A stretch of 64,000 bases of DNA from Nitrosarchaeum sp. (GTDB lineage: Archaea; Thermoproteota; Nitrososphaeria; Nitrososphaerales; Nitrosopumilaceae): positions 1,152,001 through 1,216,000 of the forward strand of contig OZ245020.1 of NCBI GenBank assembly GCA_965223865.1, written 5' to 3'. Below, in pieces: positions 31,587 through 41,197 of this stretch. The notes below the pieces were generated by a model that was not told where the DNA came from, did not search any database, and saw only the letters and a list, made by a program, of their open reading frames with translations. The translations under genes and the position numbers were made by a program. Numbering within the stretch: position 1 is the stretch's first letter; the number at the start of each line of letters is the position of its first letter.

Positions 31587-32758
31587 TCTAGTCTGGATCT
31601 TCGTAGTTTTCTTTCCTTTCATCGCTACTAGTACTTTCCATTGGTTTCATCTTGCTTTCAAGTACATCCATTCTTGCTCTATATCCTTCAGCATATTCTA
31701 ACTCCGATGGAACAAGTGTTGCTGGATGTATGAATCCCTGACTTCTTATTGCCATTGCCTTTTTAGTTGCATTCTCTCTTACGAGGTCCCAATCTGGAGT
31801 CGAGAATCCATCAAATGGACCAGTAAACTTTCCATTATGCATACTAAACACCAATGCCTCTACAATTGGAATGCAAAAGTTGATTGTTGCAGCTGAATTT
31901 AGCTTTACAGGCATTAACGGCATATTGTGACTTCCTCTAGTGTTTCCTGCAACATAATGTGGATTGTTAAAGACACTGCCTACCTCTTCTGTTGCTGGGA
32001 ATCTTTTCTGTGTCCTTACCATGCATATAGGATCATCTTTTCCTACGTATGTTCCTGCAATATTGTGTAATCTGTCAGTTGATGCTGCAAGAATTGGTTC
32101 TCCATCTTTGGTAGTAACTGAATCTACAACATATCTTCCAGGATACATCAATGCTGCTTCTAGTGTGGGTTTGTCTTGCCATAACTCAAGCTCTGCGATT
32201 TTGGCCTCTTCTACATCCATGATGTTTATTTTAACACCTCCTGCAAGATTCTTGTTTACAATTAATCCTGTGTTACTTAGTGCATCAACAAACATTCTAT
32301 ATATTGGATAATTAAATGCCCCTGGTTCAGTCTTGTCTGCTGCAAAAACTGTAAATGCTTCATTTGGTCTTTCTTCAAATTCCATCTCAGCAACTCCAGG
32401 TCCCATTCCTTTGACATTTCCTGAAAAAGAATCTTTTAGCAAATCTTGTCCTGCACCATACAAGCCTTCTTCTCTTGCAACTTGGGTTCCTGCCATAAAT
32501 GCATCCCAAGCTAATTTGTGAATTTGTTGATTATCTACACCATGAGTGTGAGACATGACAATGTGGACATCATCTCCACAATATCCGATATAATGATCGA
32601 TTAGTAAATCTTCAGAATTTTTGATGGTGTTTCTAACTGCTTCAATTAGTCCATCACTTGGTCTTGTATGACCTCCAACTCCACCTACGTCGGCTTTGAT
32701 AACAGAAACTGTGATTTTCATAATATGCGTGTTTTTTTGCAGGGATTTATGTGTAATT
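31587..32758. repeat. 1172-bp direct repeat, right copy (fbp + 37 bp upstream)
   Basis: Matches 12834-14005. Confidence 0.93.
31588..32721 (-). CDS. fbp: fructose-1,6-bisphosphate aldolase/phosphatase, copy 2
   Basis: 377 aa identical to copy 1 from the ATG at 32721. Confidence 0.97.
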   Translation of the reverse strand: MKITVSVIKADVGGVGGHTRPSDGLIEAVRNTIKNSEDLLIDHYIGYCGDDVHIVMSHTHGVDNQQIHKLAWDAFMAGTQVAREEGLYGAGQDLLKDSFSGNVKGMGPGVAEMEFEERPNEAFTVFAADKTEPGAFNYPIYRMFVDALSNTGLIVNKNLAGGVKINIMDVEEAKIAELELWQDKPTLEAALMYPGRYVVDSVTTKDGEPILAASTDRLHNIAGTYVGKDDPICMVRTQKRFPATEEVGSVFNNPHYVAGNTRGSHNMPLMPVKLNSAATINFCIPIVEALVFSMHNGKFTGPFDGFSTPDWDLVRENATKKAMAIRSQGFIHPATLVPSELEYAEGYRARMDVLESKMKPMESTSSDERKENYEDPD

Positions 32759-32851
32759 CTTAACAACAATTGATCTAAAATTTATTGAAAAAATTGATTT
32801 TTTTTAAAAAAATTCATAACAGTAATAAATCCCTTCGAATGCTGACTGTTT

Positions 32852-34150
32852 ATGGCAGATAAACCACACTTGAACCTGATTGTTACAGGTCATATTGATA
32901 ATGGAAAATCAACAACCATGGGTCATTTCTTGATGGATCTCGGTGTTGTAGATGAAAGAACAATTGCAGCACATGCAGCTGAATCCGAGAAGACCGGAAA
33001 AGGTGATACTTTCAAGTATGCATGGGTTATGGATAATATTAAAGATGAAAGAGAGAGAGGCATTACAATCGACCTTGCTTTCCAAAAATTTGAAACTCCA
33101 AAATACTTCTTTACATTAATTGATGCTCCTGGTCACAGAGACTTTATCAAAAACATGATTACTGGTGCTTCTGAAGCAGATGCAGCAATCTTAGTGCTTT
33201 CAGCAAAAGAAGGTGAAACTGATACTGCTATTGCAGCAGGTGGACAGGCGAGAGAGCATGCATTCTTGCTAAAAACATTAGGTGTAAATCAAATAATCGT
33301 TGCAATCAACAAAATGGATGATAGCAACTACTCTGAAGGTGCATTCAAAACAGCAAAAGAAAAAGGTGAAAAATTAGTTAAATCTGTCGGATACAAATTA
33401 GAAAATGTACCATTCATTCCAGTTTCTGGATGGAAAGGTGATAATTTGGTTAAAAAATCAGAGAACATGCCATGGTACACTGGTAAAACATTACTTGAAG
33501 CATTTGATGACTTTACAGTATCTGAAAAACCAATTGGTAAACCACTACGTGTTCCAATTCAAGATGTTTATACAATCACAGGTGTGGGAACCGTACCCGT
33601 AGGTAGAGTAGAAACCGGAACCATGAAACCAGGTGATAAGATAGTTGTTATGCCTTCAGGTGCTCCAGGCGAAATCAAATCAATTGAGACTCACCATACA
33701 GAAATGCCAAAAGCAGAAGCAGGTGATAATATTGGCTTTAACCTAAGAGGCGTTGAAAAGAAAGATATCAAGAGAGGCGATGTATTAGGTTCTCCTGATG
33801 CCCCACCCAAAGTCGCAAAAGAATTCAAAGCCCAAATTATCGTAATTCATCACCCAACAGCAATTGCACCTGGTTACACCCCAGTAATGCACGCACATAC
33901 TGCTCAAGTAGCAGCAACAGTAACTGAATTCCTTCAAAAAATCAATCCTGCAACTGGTGCAGTAGTTGAGGAGAATCCAAAATTCCTTAAGGTTGGTGAC
34001 TCTGCAATTGTTAAGATTAGACCGGTGAGACCAACTTGCATCGAAACTTTCCAGGAATTTCCTGAAATGGGTAGATTTGCACTCAGAGACATGGGTGCAA
34101 CTATTGCAGCAGGGATTGTTAAGGAAATTACCGAAGAATACAAACCATAG
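32852..34150 (+). CDS. tuf: translation elongation factor EF-1alpha
   Basis: GHIDNGKST, RGITID, DAPGHRDF, NKMD. Confidence 0.98.
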   Translation: MADKPHLNLIVTGHIDNGKSTTMGHFLMDLGVVDERTIAAHAAESEKTGKGDTFKYAWVMDNIKDERERGITIDLAFQKFETPKYFFTLIDAPGHRDFIKNMITGASEADAAILVLSAKEGETDTAIAAGGQAREHAFLLKTLGVNQIIVAINKMDDSNYSEGAFKTAKEKGEKLVKSVGYKLENVPFIPVSGWKGDNLVKKSENMPWYTGKTLLEAFDDFTVSEKPIGKPLRVPIQDVYTITGVGTVPVGRVETGTMKPGDKIVVMPSGAPGEIKSIETHHTEMPKAEAGDNIGFNLRGVEKKDIKRGDVLGSPDAPPKVAKEFKAQIIVIHHPTAIAPGYTPVMHAHTAQVAATVTEFLQKINPATGAVVEENPKFLKVGDSAIVKIRPVRPTCIETFQEFPEMGRFALRDMGATIAAGIVKEITEEYKP

Positions 34151-34162
34151 GCTGAGTTATCG

Positions 34163-34471
34163 ATGACTCAAACTGCCCGTGTCAAACTCACTTCGACCAG
34201 TCTTCCAAAATTAGATGGCGTTTGCGGTGAAATCATGGGTATTGGTAAAAAAACTGGCGTCAAAGTTAAAGGCCCGACTCCTCTTCCAGTTAAAAGATTG
34301 CATGTTGCAACTAGAAAATCTCCTTGTGGTAGTGGAACTGAAACCTATGAAAAATGGGAAATGAAAATGCACCGAAGAATAATTAACATTAATGCAGACG
34401 ATAAAGCAATCAGACAATTAATGCGATTAAAAATTCCAGATGATGTCTATATTGAATTATCTTTGACATAA
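34163..34471 (+). CDS. rpsJ: 30S ribosomal protein uS10
   Basis: GPTPLP, RKSPCGSG, HRRII; follows EF-1alpha. Confidence 0.97.
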   Translation: MTQTARVKLTSTSLPKLDGVCGEIMGIGKKTGVKVKGPTPLPVKRLHVATRKSPCGSGTETYEKWEMKMHRRIININADDKAIRQLMRLKIPDDVYIELSLT

Positions 34472-34500
34472 TCTGGTGAGCCTTAAAATAACAGAACTTT

Positions 34501-34698
34501 TTGATGATAAACATGTATGAAGAAACCACTGAAGAAACTCCAACTGAAACATTTGATGTAATTTACTCCTGTTTGAGATGTGGAACCACTGTTTCAAATA
34601 CTGAATTATCTAGACTCCCTGAAATCAAATGTATTTGTGGATTTAGAGTGTTTATCAAAGTTAGACCTCCTATTGTTAAATCCATTAAAGCAGTATAG
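34501..34698 (+). CDS. rpoP: DNA-directed RNA polymerase subunit P (Rpo12)
   Basis: Y.C.RCG...IKC.CGFRVF.K.RP zinc ribbon; exact start uncertain. Confidence 0.85.
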   Translation: MMINMYEETTEETPTETFDVIYSCLRCGTTVSNTELSRLPEIKCICGFRVFIKVRPPIVKSIKAV

Positions 34699-34896
34699 TC
34701 ATCGGTCTTTTTTGTAGTTGTGCTCTCTTTGGAGATGTGTTCTCATGTCCTCCATATTTGAGAAAAACTTATTGCATTCTTTACAATCATATTTCAAATC
34801 TTTACCATGTACAATTTGTTGGTGATTCATTAAATCTTCTTGACGTGAGAACTTGTTCTTACAAATTTCACAAATAAATTTTTTAAAAAAACCCAT
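34699..34896 (-). CDS. small protein with two C2H2 zinc fingers
   Basis: CEIC..KF....DL..H...H and CKEC..FF....DM..H...H. Confidence 0.85.
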   Translation of the reverse strand: MGFFKKFICEICKNKFSRQEDLMNHQQIVHGKDLKYDCKECNKFFSNMEDMRTHLQREHNYKKDR

Positions 34897-35306
34897 TATC
34901 CTAGTTCCGCCTTCTTATTATCCCAACACTCTCTGCAGATCTGGCCTTCAATCTTCCATTTTCCTTTTGGATTATACCTGATTAATCCCATCTTTGCTCC
35001 ACATAATGAACAATAGTTTTTCTTTTTGGCAAACCCCTCTTCTTTTTTATCAAAGCATTCTTTACACAACAATCCTTCCATATCCCATTGCCATCTAGGT
35101 TCCCATAAATCCGTGATCTTCCTTGTGGTGCCACATACAACACACGATTGTCTAACTTTGCCTTCAAAATATTCCTTGGATTTATCAAAATGGCAATTGC
35201 CGCACAATGGACCCTTGATATTCCATTCTCTTTTTGGTTTGTACTTGTGAGTAAGTTTGGTGTTACAAATGGCACAAAACGAAGGCTTTCTGCTAAACAA
35301 TCCCAT
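34896..35306 (-). CDS. protein made of three Cys4 zinc-binding repeats
   Basis: 3 x CxxC-x9/10-P-x3-W-x3-G-x2-CxxC. Confidence 0.8.
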   Translation of the reverse strand: MGLFSRKPSFCAICNTKLTHKYKPKREWNIKGPLCGNCHFDKSKEYFEGKVRQSCVVCGTTRKITDLWEPRWQWDMEGLLCKECFDKKEEGFAKKKNYCSLCGAKMGLIRYNPKGKWKIEGQICRECWDNKKAELG

Positions 35307-35377
35307 TTCTTTAAACCTAATTGATATGACTTTCTATAAATGTAAACAAAATAAAAACAAAAATAACAAAAAAGTGT

Positions 35378-35500
35378 CTATTTGGTTAAGATTTTCTCAA
35401 GAGCTTGGCTTGCATTGAGCATACCGTTTCTCTTGGCAAACTCTTCGATCATTTTGTATTGTTTTTCAGTAAAACAAACTGGCATTGAACGTTTTTCCAT
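35378..35500 (-). CDS. 40-aa ribbon-helix-helix-like small protein (not in ORF track)
   Basis: MEKRSMPVCFTEKQYKMIEEFAKRNGMLNASQALEKILTK; beta-helix-G-helix pattern; T-rich tract downstream. Confidence 0.65.
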   Translation of the reverse strand: MEKRSMPVCFTEKQYKMIEEFAKRNGMLNASQALEKILTK

Positions 35501-35645
35501 ATTTGTAATTTGTTTTGTTATTTAATATCCTTTACGCTTGTAGGATGAAAAATCTTCTTTAAGTATTTGAAAGCATGATATGAAGCAGAAAATTATTGTG
35601 TAGGTATGTTGCTTGGAAAGATATTAGATACCTTTTGTATTATGA

Positions 35646-36161
35646 TTGTTTATGGCCAAAAAACTTCAGATTTTGGTAATTGGGCATAATGACAATGGTT
35701 GCACTCCTGAGCATCAAAGAATTGCATATGAAATTGGATCAGAAATTGCAAAATTTGACTGTGTTCTTTTAACAGGAGGTCTTGGAGGAGTAATGAAAGC
35801 AGCATGTCATGGAGCACATGATGCAAATGGTCTTGTAATTGGGATAATACCTCAAGATGATCCTTCTTTTGCAAATGAATACTGTGACATTGTAATTCCT
35901 AGTGGAATGGGCCTTACCCGAGATTTTCTAAATGCACTATCAGCTGATGGAATAATTATTGTAGGTGGTGGTTCAGGGACGCTTTCAGAGATTTGTGCTG
36001 CATATATGTACAAAAAACCAATGGTGGCAATACGAGGAACTGGTGGGGCAGCAGAAAAATATATTGATGATTATGTTGATCACAGAAAAAATGTAAAAAT
36101 AATTGGAGTAGATTCTCCTCAAGATGCCGTTAAGAAAATTTTAGAAATTGTTACTGCATAG
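35646..36161 (+). CDS. LOG/TIGR00725-family Rossmann-fold protein
   Basis: TGGLGGVM.AA, IGIIP, GGGSGTLSE. Confidence 0.88.
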   Translation: MFMAKKLQILVIGHNDNGCTPEHQRIAYEIGSEIAKFDCVLLTGGLGGVMKAACHGAHDANGLVIGIIPQDDPSFANEYCDIVIPSGMGLTRDFLNALSADGIIIVGGGSGTLSEICAAYMYKKPMVAIRGTGGAAEKYIDDYVDHRKNVKIIGVDSPQDAVKKILEIVTA

Positions 36162-37296
36162 AAACTAGCAATGGATCAGGTTTGTAAAACTCCCCATGCT
36201 TTTCTGCTAACTTGTTTAGCTCATCTACAATATTTTTAATCCCAATCTCTTTTGCTGTCTCAAACATTGGTTTTTTTAATCCTAGTCCTAGATTTGCTGC
36301 TTTTTCTAACTCATCAATATCACTTGCTTTGTTAGTTACAAGCCAAGCTGCATTGTTTAGAATATTTGCGACAAGCTGAATTGGGTTACATTTCTCTGCA
36401 AGCTCTTCAGAAAGTGGTACTCTCTCATATTTATCGTCAGAGTATTTGTAGAATCCTTCTCCTGATTTTTGTCCAAGCTTTTTTTCATCAAACATTTTTT
36501 CAATTGTGGGATGTGGATTTATCACTTTTTTGTCCCTAAGATGCATCTCAACTGTTGCTTTGTGAATTACATCCATTCCAGTAAAATCAGCCAACTCAAA
36601 TATTCCCATTGGAAACCCAAGCTTGAATTTTACTGCTGAATCAATTTCTGTCATACTTACACCTTGTCTATCCATCATGTAACATGCTTCATGTACCATT
36701 GGAATAAATAATCTATTTACAATAAATCCTGGAACATCTCTTCTACACAAAACTGGTTCTTTCTTGACTGATCTTACAAATTCTTGTGTCATATCTGTGA
36801 TTTCTTGTGATGTTTCCCCCCCTGGAATAACTTCGACGAGTTTCATTAGTTGTGGTGGATTGAAAAAGTGAATTCCGATAACTTTCTCTGGTCTTGATGT
36901 TATGTTTGCAATCTCTGTAATTGGTAAAGTGCTTGTGTTTGATGCAAATATTACTTCAGGAGATGCTGCATTGTCTAATTCTGCATAAACTTTTTTCTTT
37001 AAATCCATAATTTCTGGAACTACTTCTATTACTAATTGTGCATCTTTTACAGCTTCATTCAAATCAACACGTGGTGTGATTCTAGAAAAAATTGCATCTC
37101 CTTCATCTTTTGAAATTTTTTCTTTAGACACTAACTTGTCTAAACTCCATCGTATTTTTTCCATTGCTTTATCTAAAAATCCTTGTTCAATGTCTCTTAG
37201 AACTACATTATAGCCTGCAGTTGCAGAAACTTGGGCAATTCCGTGGCCCATTACACCAGAACCCAAAACTGTAATATTTTTTAAATCCATTAACAT
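36151..37296 (-). CDS. 3-hydroxyacyl-CoA dehydrogenase (probable (S)-3-hydroxybutyryl-CoA dehydrogenase of the HP/HB cycle)
   Basis: GSGVMGHGIA, SNTSTL, HFFNP, PGFIVNR; pathway role from family knowledge. Confidence 0.92.
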   Translation of the reverse strand: MLMDLKNITVLGSGVMGHGIAQVSATAGYNVVLRDIEQGFLDKAMEKIRWSLDKLVSKEKISKDEGDAIFSRITPRVDLNEAVKDAQLVIEVVPEIMDLKKKVYAELDNAASPEVIFASNTSTLPITEIANITSRPEKVIGIHFFNPPQLMKLVEVIPGGETSQEITDMTQEFVRSVKKEPVLCRRDVPGFIVNRLFIPMVHEACYMMDRQGVSMTEIDSAVKFKLGFPMGIFELADFTGMDVIHKATVEMHLRDKKVINPHPTIEKMFDEKKLGQKSGEGFYKYSDDKYERVPLSEELAEKCNPIQLVANILNNAAWLVTNKASDIDELEKAANLGLGLKKPMFETAKEIGIKNIVDELNKLAEKHGEFYKPDPLLVSMQ

Positions 37297-37401
37297 TGAA
37301 AATTCCTATATCCTTTATAATGTATTGTAAATTTGTCAAAAGAGATTCTGAGAATTTTTAATTATTGATTATATTTATTTAGTAAAAATAGAAATTAAAT
37401 T

Positions 37402-37650
37402 ATGCAAGCATACATTCTTCTAACCTGTAATACTGGTAGTGAATCTGGTCTGATTGCAGAAATCAAGAAAATCCCTGGGGTTACTGAGATAAATGGAATT
37501 TGGGGTAAGTATGATATTTTTTTGAAAATCTGTACTGATGACATTCACGGAATTGATAAGGTGGTCTCAAAACTTAGAACTCTGAAAGACATTACAAGCA
37601 GCCACACAATGCATGTATTATATGGACAAGGGGGTACTATTGATGAATAG
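37402..37650 (+). CDS. stand-alone Lrp/AsnC ligand-binding domain protein
   Basis: AYILL...IPGV.E....GKYDI pattern. Confidence 0.85.
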   Translation: MQAYILLTCNTGSESGLIAEIKKIPGVTEINGIWGKYDIFLKICTDDIHGIDKVVSKLRTLKDITSSHTMHVLYGQGGTIDE

Positions 37651-37806
37651 TTCTACACATTTTTAATTCAAAAATTATTTGTCTTTAACTTTTGGCAGAT
37701 TTTCCAAGGTTTTTTGTTTCTGCTAAAAGGATTAGTATCCTACTGAGCCTATTTCAGATAAATATTGAAGGAATTCTATTTATTAGATTTCAAATTCATT
37801 TCTATC

Positions 37807-37974
37807 ATGGGTCTTTTCAAGCAAAAAAAAGAAGATTCTCCTCAAACCAAATGTAAGGAATGCGGAACAGAGTTACATGATCCTGAACGTCTCAAACGAC
37901 ATATGAAAAAGGCACATGGAAACATTCCTGAAAAGAAACTAGATCCTAATTCCGGTACAGGTGGAACGTGGTAA
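37807..37974 (+). CDS. small C2H2 zinc-finger protein
   Basis: CKECG......RL.RH...H; ATG 37807 preferred over TTG 37765. Confidence 0.75.
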   Translation: MGLFKQKKEDSPQTKCKECGTELHDPERLKRHMKKAHGNIPEKKLDPNSGTGGTW

Positions 37975-38255
37975 TTTTGGAATTAAGTTATGGTAAAAAA
38001 ATGGGATTAGCTTTTGGGGGTGCTTTTGCGGTAGCTGCTCTAGTCTTATCTACTTTGGTTTTTCCGTTTTGGAATTTAATACGCGAAGATGTCTATGAAG
38101 AAGTAGTAATTTTGACAAATGATAATGGAACATGCTATGTAGAGACAATTGATGATGTTCCTAAAACCATTGAAAATTGTAATCTGAAACCAGGAGACAA
38201 GGCAACTATCAAATTTGGCCAGGGTTTGGCATGGGCTACAATTGTAGAGCCATAA
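37968..38255 (+). CDS. hypothetical membrane protein
   Basis: One TM helix and a small beta-rich domain. Confidence 0.7.
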   Translation: MVILELSYGKKMGLAFGGAFAVAALVLSTLVFPFWNLIREDVYEEVVILTNDNGTCYVETIDDVPKTIENCNLKPGDKATIKFGQGLAWATIVEP

Positions 38256-38293
38256 CAGCTGAATTAATATTTTTGAAATTTCCATAAACCATA

Positions 38294-38701
38294 ATGGATT
38301 GTATATTTTGCAAAATAATAAATGGTGAAATTAAAACAAAAACTATCAAAGAAACATCAAAGTCTATTGCCTTTTTAGATGCATTTCCTCTTACAAAAGG
38401 ACATACTTTGGTCATCCCCAAAAATCACCATACAAAAATTCAAGACCTGTCTAGTGAAGAAAATTCTGATTTGTTTTCATTAGTACATCAAGTTATTTCT
38501 AAAGTTGATAGAATGACAGGTGCAACATTAGTTGCTATTCACAATGGCAAGGATGCAGGACAAGAAATACCACATGTACATGTCCATTTAGTTCCACGTG
38601 AATCTTCAGATTCAGCTGGAGCGATTCACAGTATGTTTGGTTCAACACGTACTTTATCCGATTCCGAATTTGATGAAATCTACAAAAAGATTACTGAATA
38701 A
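38294..38701 (+). CDS. HIT family hydrolase
   Basis: CIFCKI, GHTLVIPK, HVHVH triad. Confidence 0.95.
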   Translation: MDCIFCKIINGEIKTKTIKETSKSIAFLDAFPLTKGHTLVIPKNHHTKIQDLSSEENSDLFSLVHQVISKVDRMTGATLVAIHNGKDAGQEIPHVHVHLVPRESSDSAGAIHSMFGSTRTLSDSEFDEIYKKITE

Positions 38702-38702
38702 T

Positions 38703-39431
38703 TCAGTAAGGATATAGTCTTTCTTTAGTTTCTGTATTTTCAACACTAATTGCCTTTGTTGGACATGTTTCAGCTGCATTCATTATTTGATTAACTCCTG
38801 CACCGCTGGAATTAATTACTGATGATTTTGGATTTGATTTTGAATTTTTGTTAATCTGAAAAACATCCGGAGCAATAATTTCACAACTACAGCATCCGAT
38901 ACATAGACTCTTATCAACATCTACAAAAAGATCAGGTTGAATTTCAGACTCTCTTGCCTTTTCATACTCTCCATGTTTGCCGTCTGGACGTACATGTGCA
39001 TTGTATTCTTCCCAAAACTTTCTTTCATATTCTTTCCAAAAGTCTGGATCTCCTTCTTCAAATTCTCGCGTAAATTTATTCCAATCCTGTTCTGGGGTTT
39101 GACTATCTGAAGGAGCTCCCCATTCTGGTTTCCTTTTGAAATGAGTTTTTCTGTTTGTTTTTTTATTGGTATATTTTGGGTCAGGTTCAGAATTTGATAT
39201 ATTTTCCTTGTACTTTTTCTTTAGGATGTTATATGCTTCTGTTACTCTTTTGAATTCTCGACCTTCTTTTTCGTCTGTATTTTTATCAGGATGATATTCT
39301 AATGCCAGTTTTCTATATGCCTCTTTGATCTCCTCAAAGGAAGATCCTGATTTCACGTTCAGAGTTTTGATGGCCTGATAAGTATTCACACTGTTAAAGG
39401 TTCCTAATATTTTAAAAACAATTACATACAA
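38703..39431 (-). CDS. DnaJ-domain/ferredoxin fusion protein
   Basis: J-domain HPD; CIGCCSC...CP iron-sulfur motif; start may be GTG ~39389. Confidence 0.9.
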   Translation of the reverse strand: MYVIVFKILGTFNSVNTYQAIKTLNVKSGSSFEEIKEAYRKLALEYHPDKNTDEKEGREFKRVTEAYNILKKKYKENISNSEPDPKYTNKKTNRKTHFKRKPEWGAPSDSQTPEQDWNKFTREFEEGDPDFWKEYERKFWEEYNAHVRPDGKHGEYEKARESEIQPDLFVDVDKSLCIGCCSCEIIAPDVFQINKNSKSNPKSSVINSSGAGVNQIMNAAETCPTKAISVENTETKERLYPY

Positions 39432-39568
39432 TTTGTAGGGTTTTCTGGTTTATTTTGAAATTTCCTCTTCTTTTGCCTTTCATAGATTCTACAATATGAA
39501 ATACTTGACTTTGAAATACCTTAATTCGTTGAATCTGTTCGATTTCAGAGATTTCCTTACTAAGAAAA

Positions 39569-40024
39569 CTATACTATTGTTGTCACTTTTGATCTAAAAT
39601 CTGACTCATACCAAGTGGTCTTGTATTCAGAATTTTTTTTTGGCAATATGTTAATTGCAATATGTGAGAATGTCTTTTTCTTGTTAATAGAGCCATGTGT
39701 ATGAAGAGTATGTACTGGGATATGTACTACATCTCCTTCATTGAGGTTAATTTTTTCAATTCGTTTAATCTTGAAATTTGTCTTTTTTGTGCCGAATTTT
39801 TTAAAAATTTCTAAACTTCCTTTTCCTTTTGTAGCAATTAACACTTGGTTTCCATTATGTTCATGGACCTTTGTTTTTGCACCATTATCAAAGTAAACGT
39901 GATAAATTCCTTGATCTTGTGATTTTATTTTAGATGATATGTCTTTCATATGGACTCTTTCTGTAAACCACCCTGGATTGATCTTTCTTCTATCTCCTGC
40001 TGAGTAAATGTTGGATTTTTTCAT
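39569..40024 (-). CDS. cupin domain protein
   Basis: H.H...Q.L....G.G and GDVVHIP..TLHTH. Confidence 0.85.
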   Translation of the reverse strand: MKKSNIYSAGDRRKINPGWFTERVHMKDISSKIKSQDQGIYHVYFDNGAKTKVHEHNGNQVLIATKGKGSLEIFKKFGTKKTNFKIKRIEKINLNEGDVVHIPVHTLHTHGSINKKKTFSHIAINILPKKNSEYKTTWYESDFRSKVTTIV

Positions 40025-40025
40025 C

Positions 40026-40406
40026 TCAAATCCTTTCTAAAATCTTCTTTTTCTTCTCTTGAAATTCTTTTTCAGTTAAGACTCCTGCCTTTCTTAATTT
40101 TCCAAGTTTTTCTAATGTGGCTAAATCTTCTTCGGTTTTACTACTAGCTTGTTTGGCAGCTGCAATACCCTCGTTGATTTTTTTGATTCCTTTTGATTTT
40201 ATCTCTTCTTTTTCTTTTGTTGCTCTTTTTCTGAGCTCATCACTTGTCTTTTTTGCTTGAGTCGCTGCCATTTCTCCAAATTCTACTGCGTCTTCTAGGG
40301 CTTCATCAGCTCTTTTGATTCCTTCTTCTATTGCTTTGTCAGCTTTTTTGAGAAATCTTTCAATGTATCGTGCTTTCTTTTTTGCAGCCATGTTTTTTGA
40401 GACCAT
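40026..40406 (-). CDS. coiled-coil protein with C-terminal SHOCT domain
   Basis: LEKL.KL...GVLTEKEF..KKKKIL. Confidence 0.85.
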   Translation of the reverse strand: MVSKNMAAKKKARYIERFLKKADKAIEEGIKRADEALEDAVEFGEMAATQAKKTSDELRKRATKEKEEIKSKGIKKINEGIAAAKQASSKTEEDLATLEKLGKLRKAGVLTEKEFQEKKKKILERI

Positions 40407-40486
40407 TCAAATGTATTATATTTTTCCGAATCGAATTTTTTCTACAATTGATTTAATAGCCACGGTGTAATATTTTTGATCGAATT

Positions 40487-41194
40487 TTGGCTCAAAAAAA
40501 ATATGAAATAAAGACAATAGTATTAAAAAAGACCATTGATGAGCAAGATGCTTTAACAATAATAGAAGAAAAAAAGACCGGTTTATTCAAAAAATTGTTA
40601 AAAAAACCAAAACGAGAACAGGTTCATGTTCATTCTCTCAAGCTTTACTATGAATGCATATTGATGGTTTCAGGAAAGTACATTGCAGATTACTATAGAA
40701 AGGCAACTCATACAATTTCTGTTGATTCCAATGTAAAGGAAGTTGTTTTTGGAGATGGAGTTTTTCCAATACGTTCCAAATCCTCTTTTGAAAAGACCTT
40801 TGTCGGAAAACGCGGAAAAAACAAGATTGATTTACAATTAGAAGAACATGTATTCATAGAGGAAGAAGATGAGATGGTCTTTGATCATCATGGTAGAGAA
40901 ATAAAATTTCCATTTAAAATTACTTCAAAAACAATAGAAAATTATCCGAAAAGAATATTGGAAAAAAATCCAACAAATGTAAAAAAATCAGAAATAACGT
41001 ACGACGCTGCTCTTGAAAAACTAAAAGAAATTCTTAAAAAACCACTTGAGCCTGAAGTTCGTGATCTTAATGATGAATTTGTTTTGCGTGAGATATCTGA
41101 GGTTTATGTTCCGATATTTGAAGCAAGACTAATAGGTCCTAACAAAAAGATAGGACTCTTAAGAATTGATTCAGTACGAAATAAAGTCCTTTGA
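40487..41194 (+). CDS. hypothetical protein
   Basis: 235-aa ORF, no recognised motif. Confidence 0.7.
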   Translation: MAQKKYEIKTIVLKKTIDEQDALTIIEEKKTGLFKKLLKKPKREQVHVHSLKLYYECILMVSGKYIADYYRKATHTISVDSNVKEVVFGDGVFPIRSKSSFEKTFVGKRGKNKIDLQLEEHVFIEEEDEMVFDHHGREIKFPFKITSKTIENYPKRILEKNPTNVKKSEITYDAALEKLKEILKKPLEPEVRDLNDEFVLREISEVYVPIFEARLIGPNKKIGLLRIDSVRNKVL

Positions 41195-41197
41195 AAT

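Noticed and set aside
32722-32769. 16-aa N-terminal extension of fbp copy 2 in the ORF track
   Set aside because: Relies on an upstream TTG outside the repeat; copy 1 starts at the equivalent of ATG 32721
38703-39431. DnaJ-ferredoxin fusion as a novelty
   Set aside because: Already a known family in Thaumarchaeota
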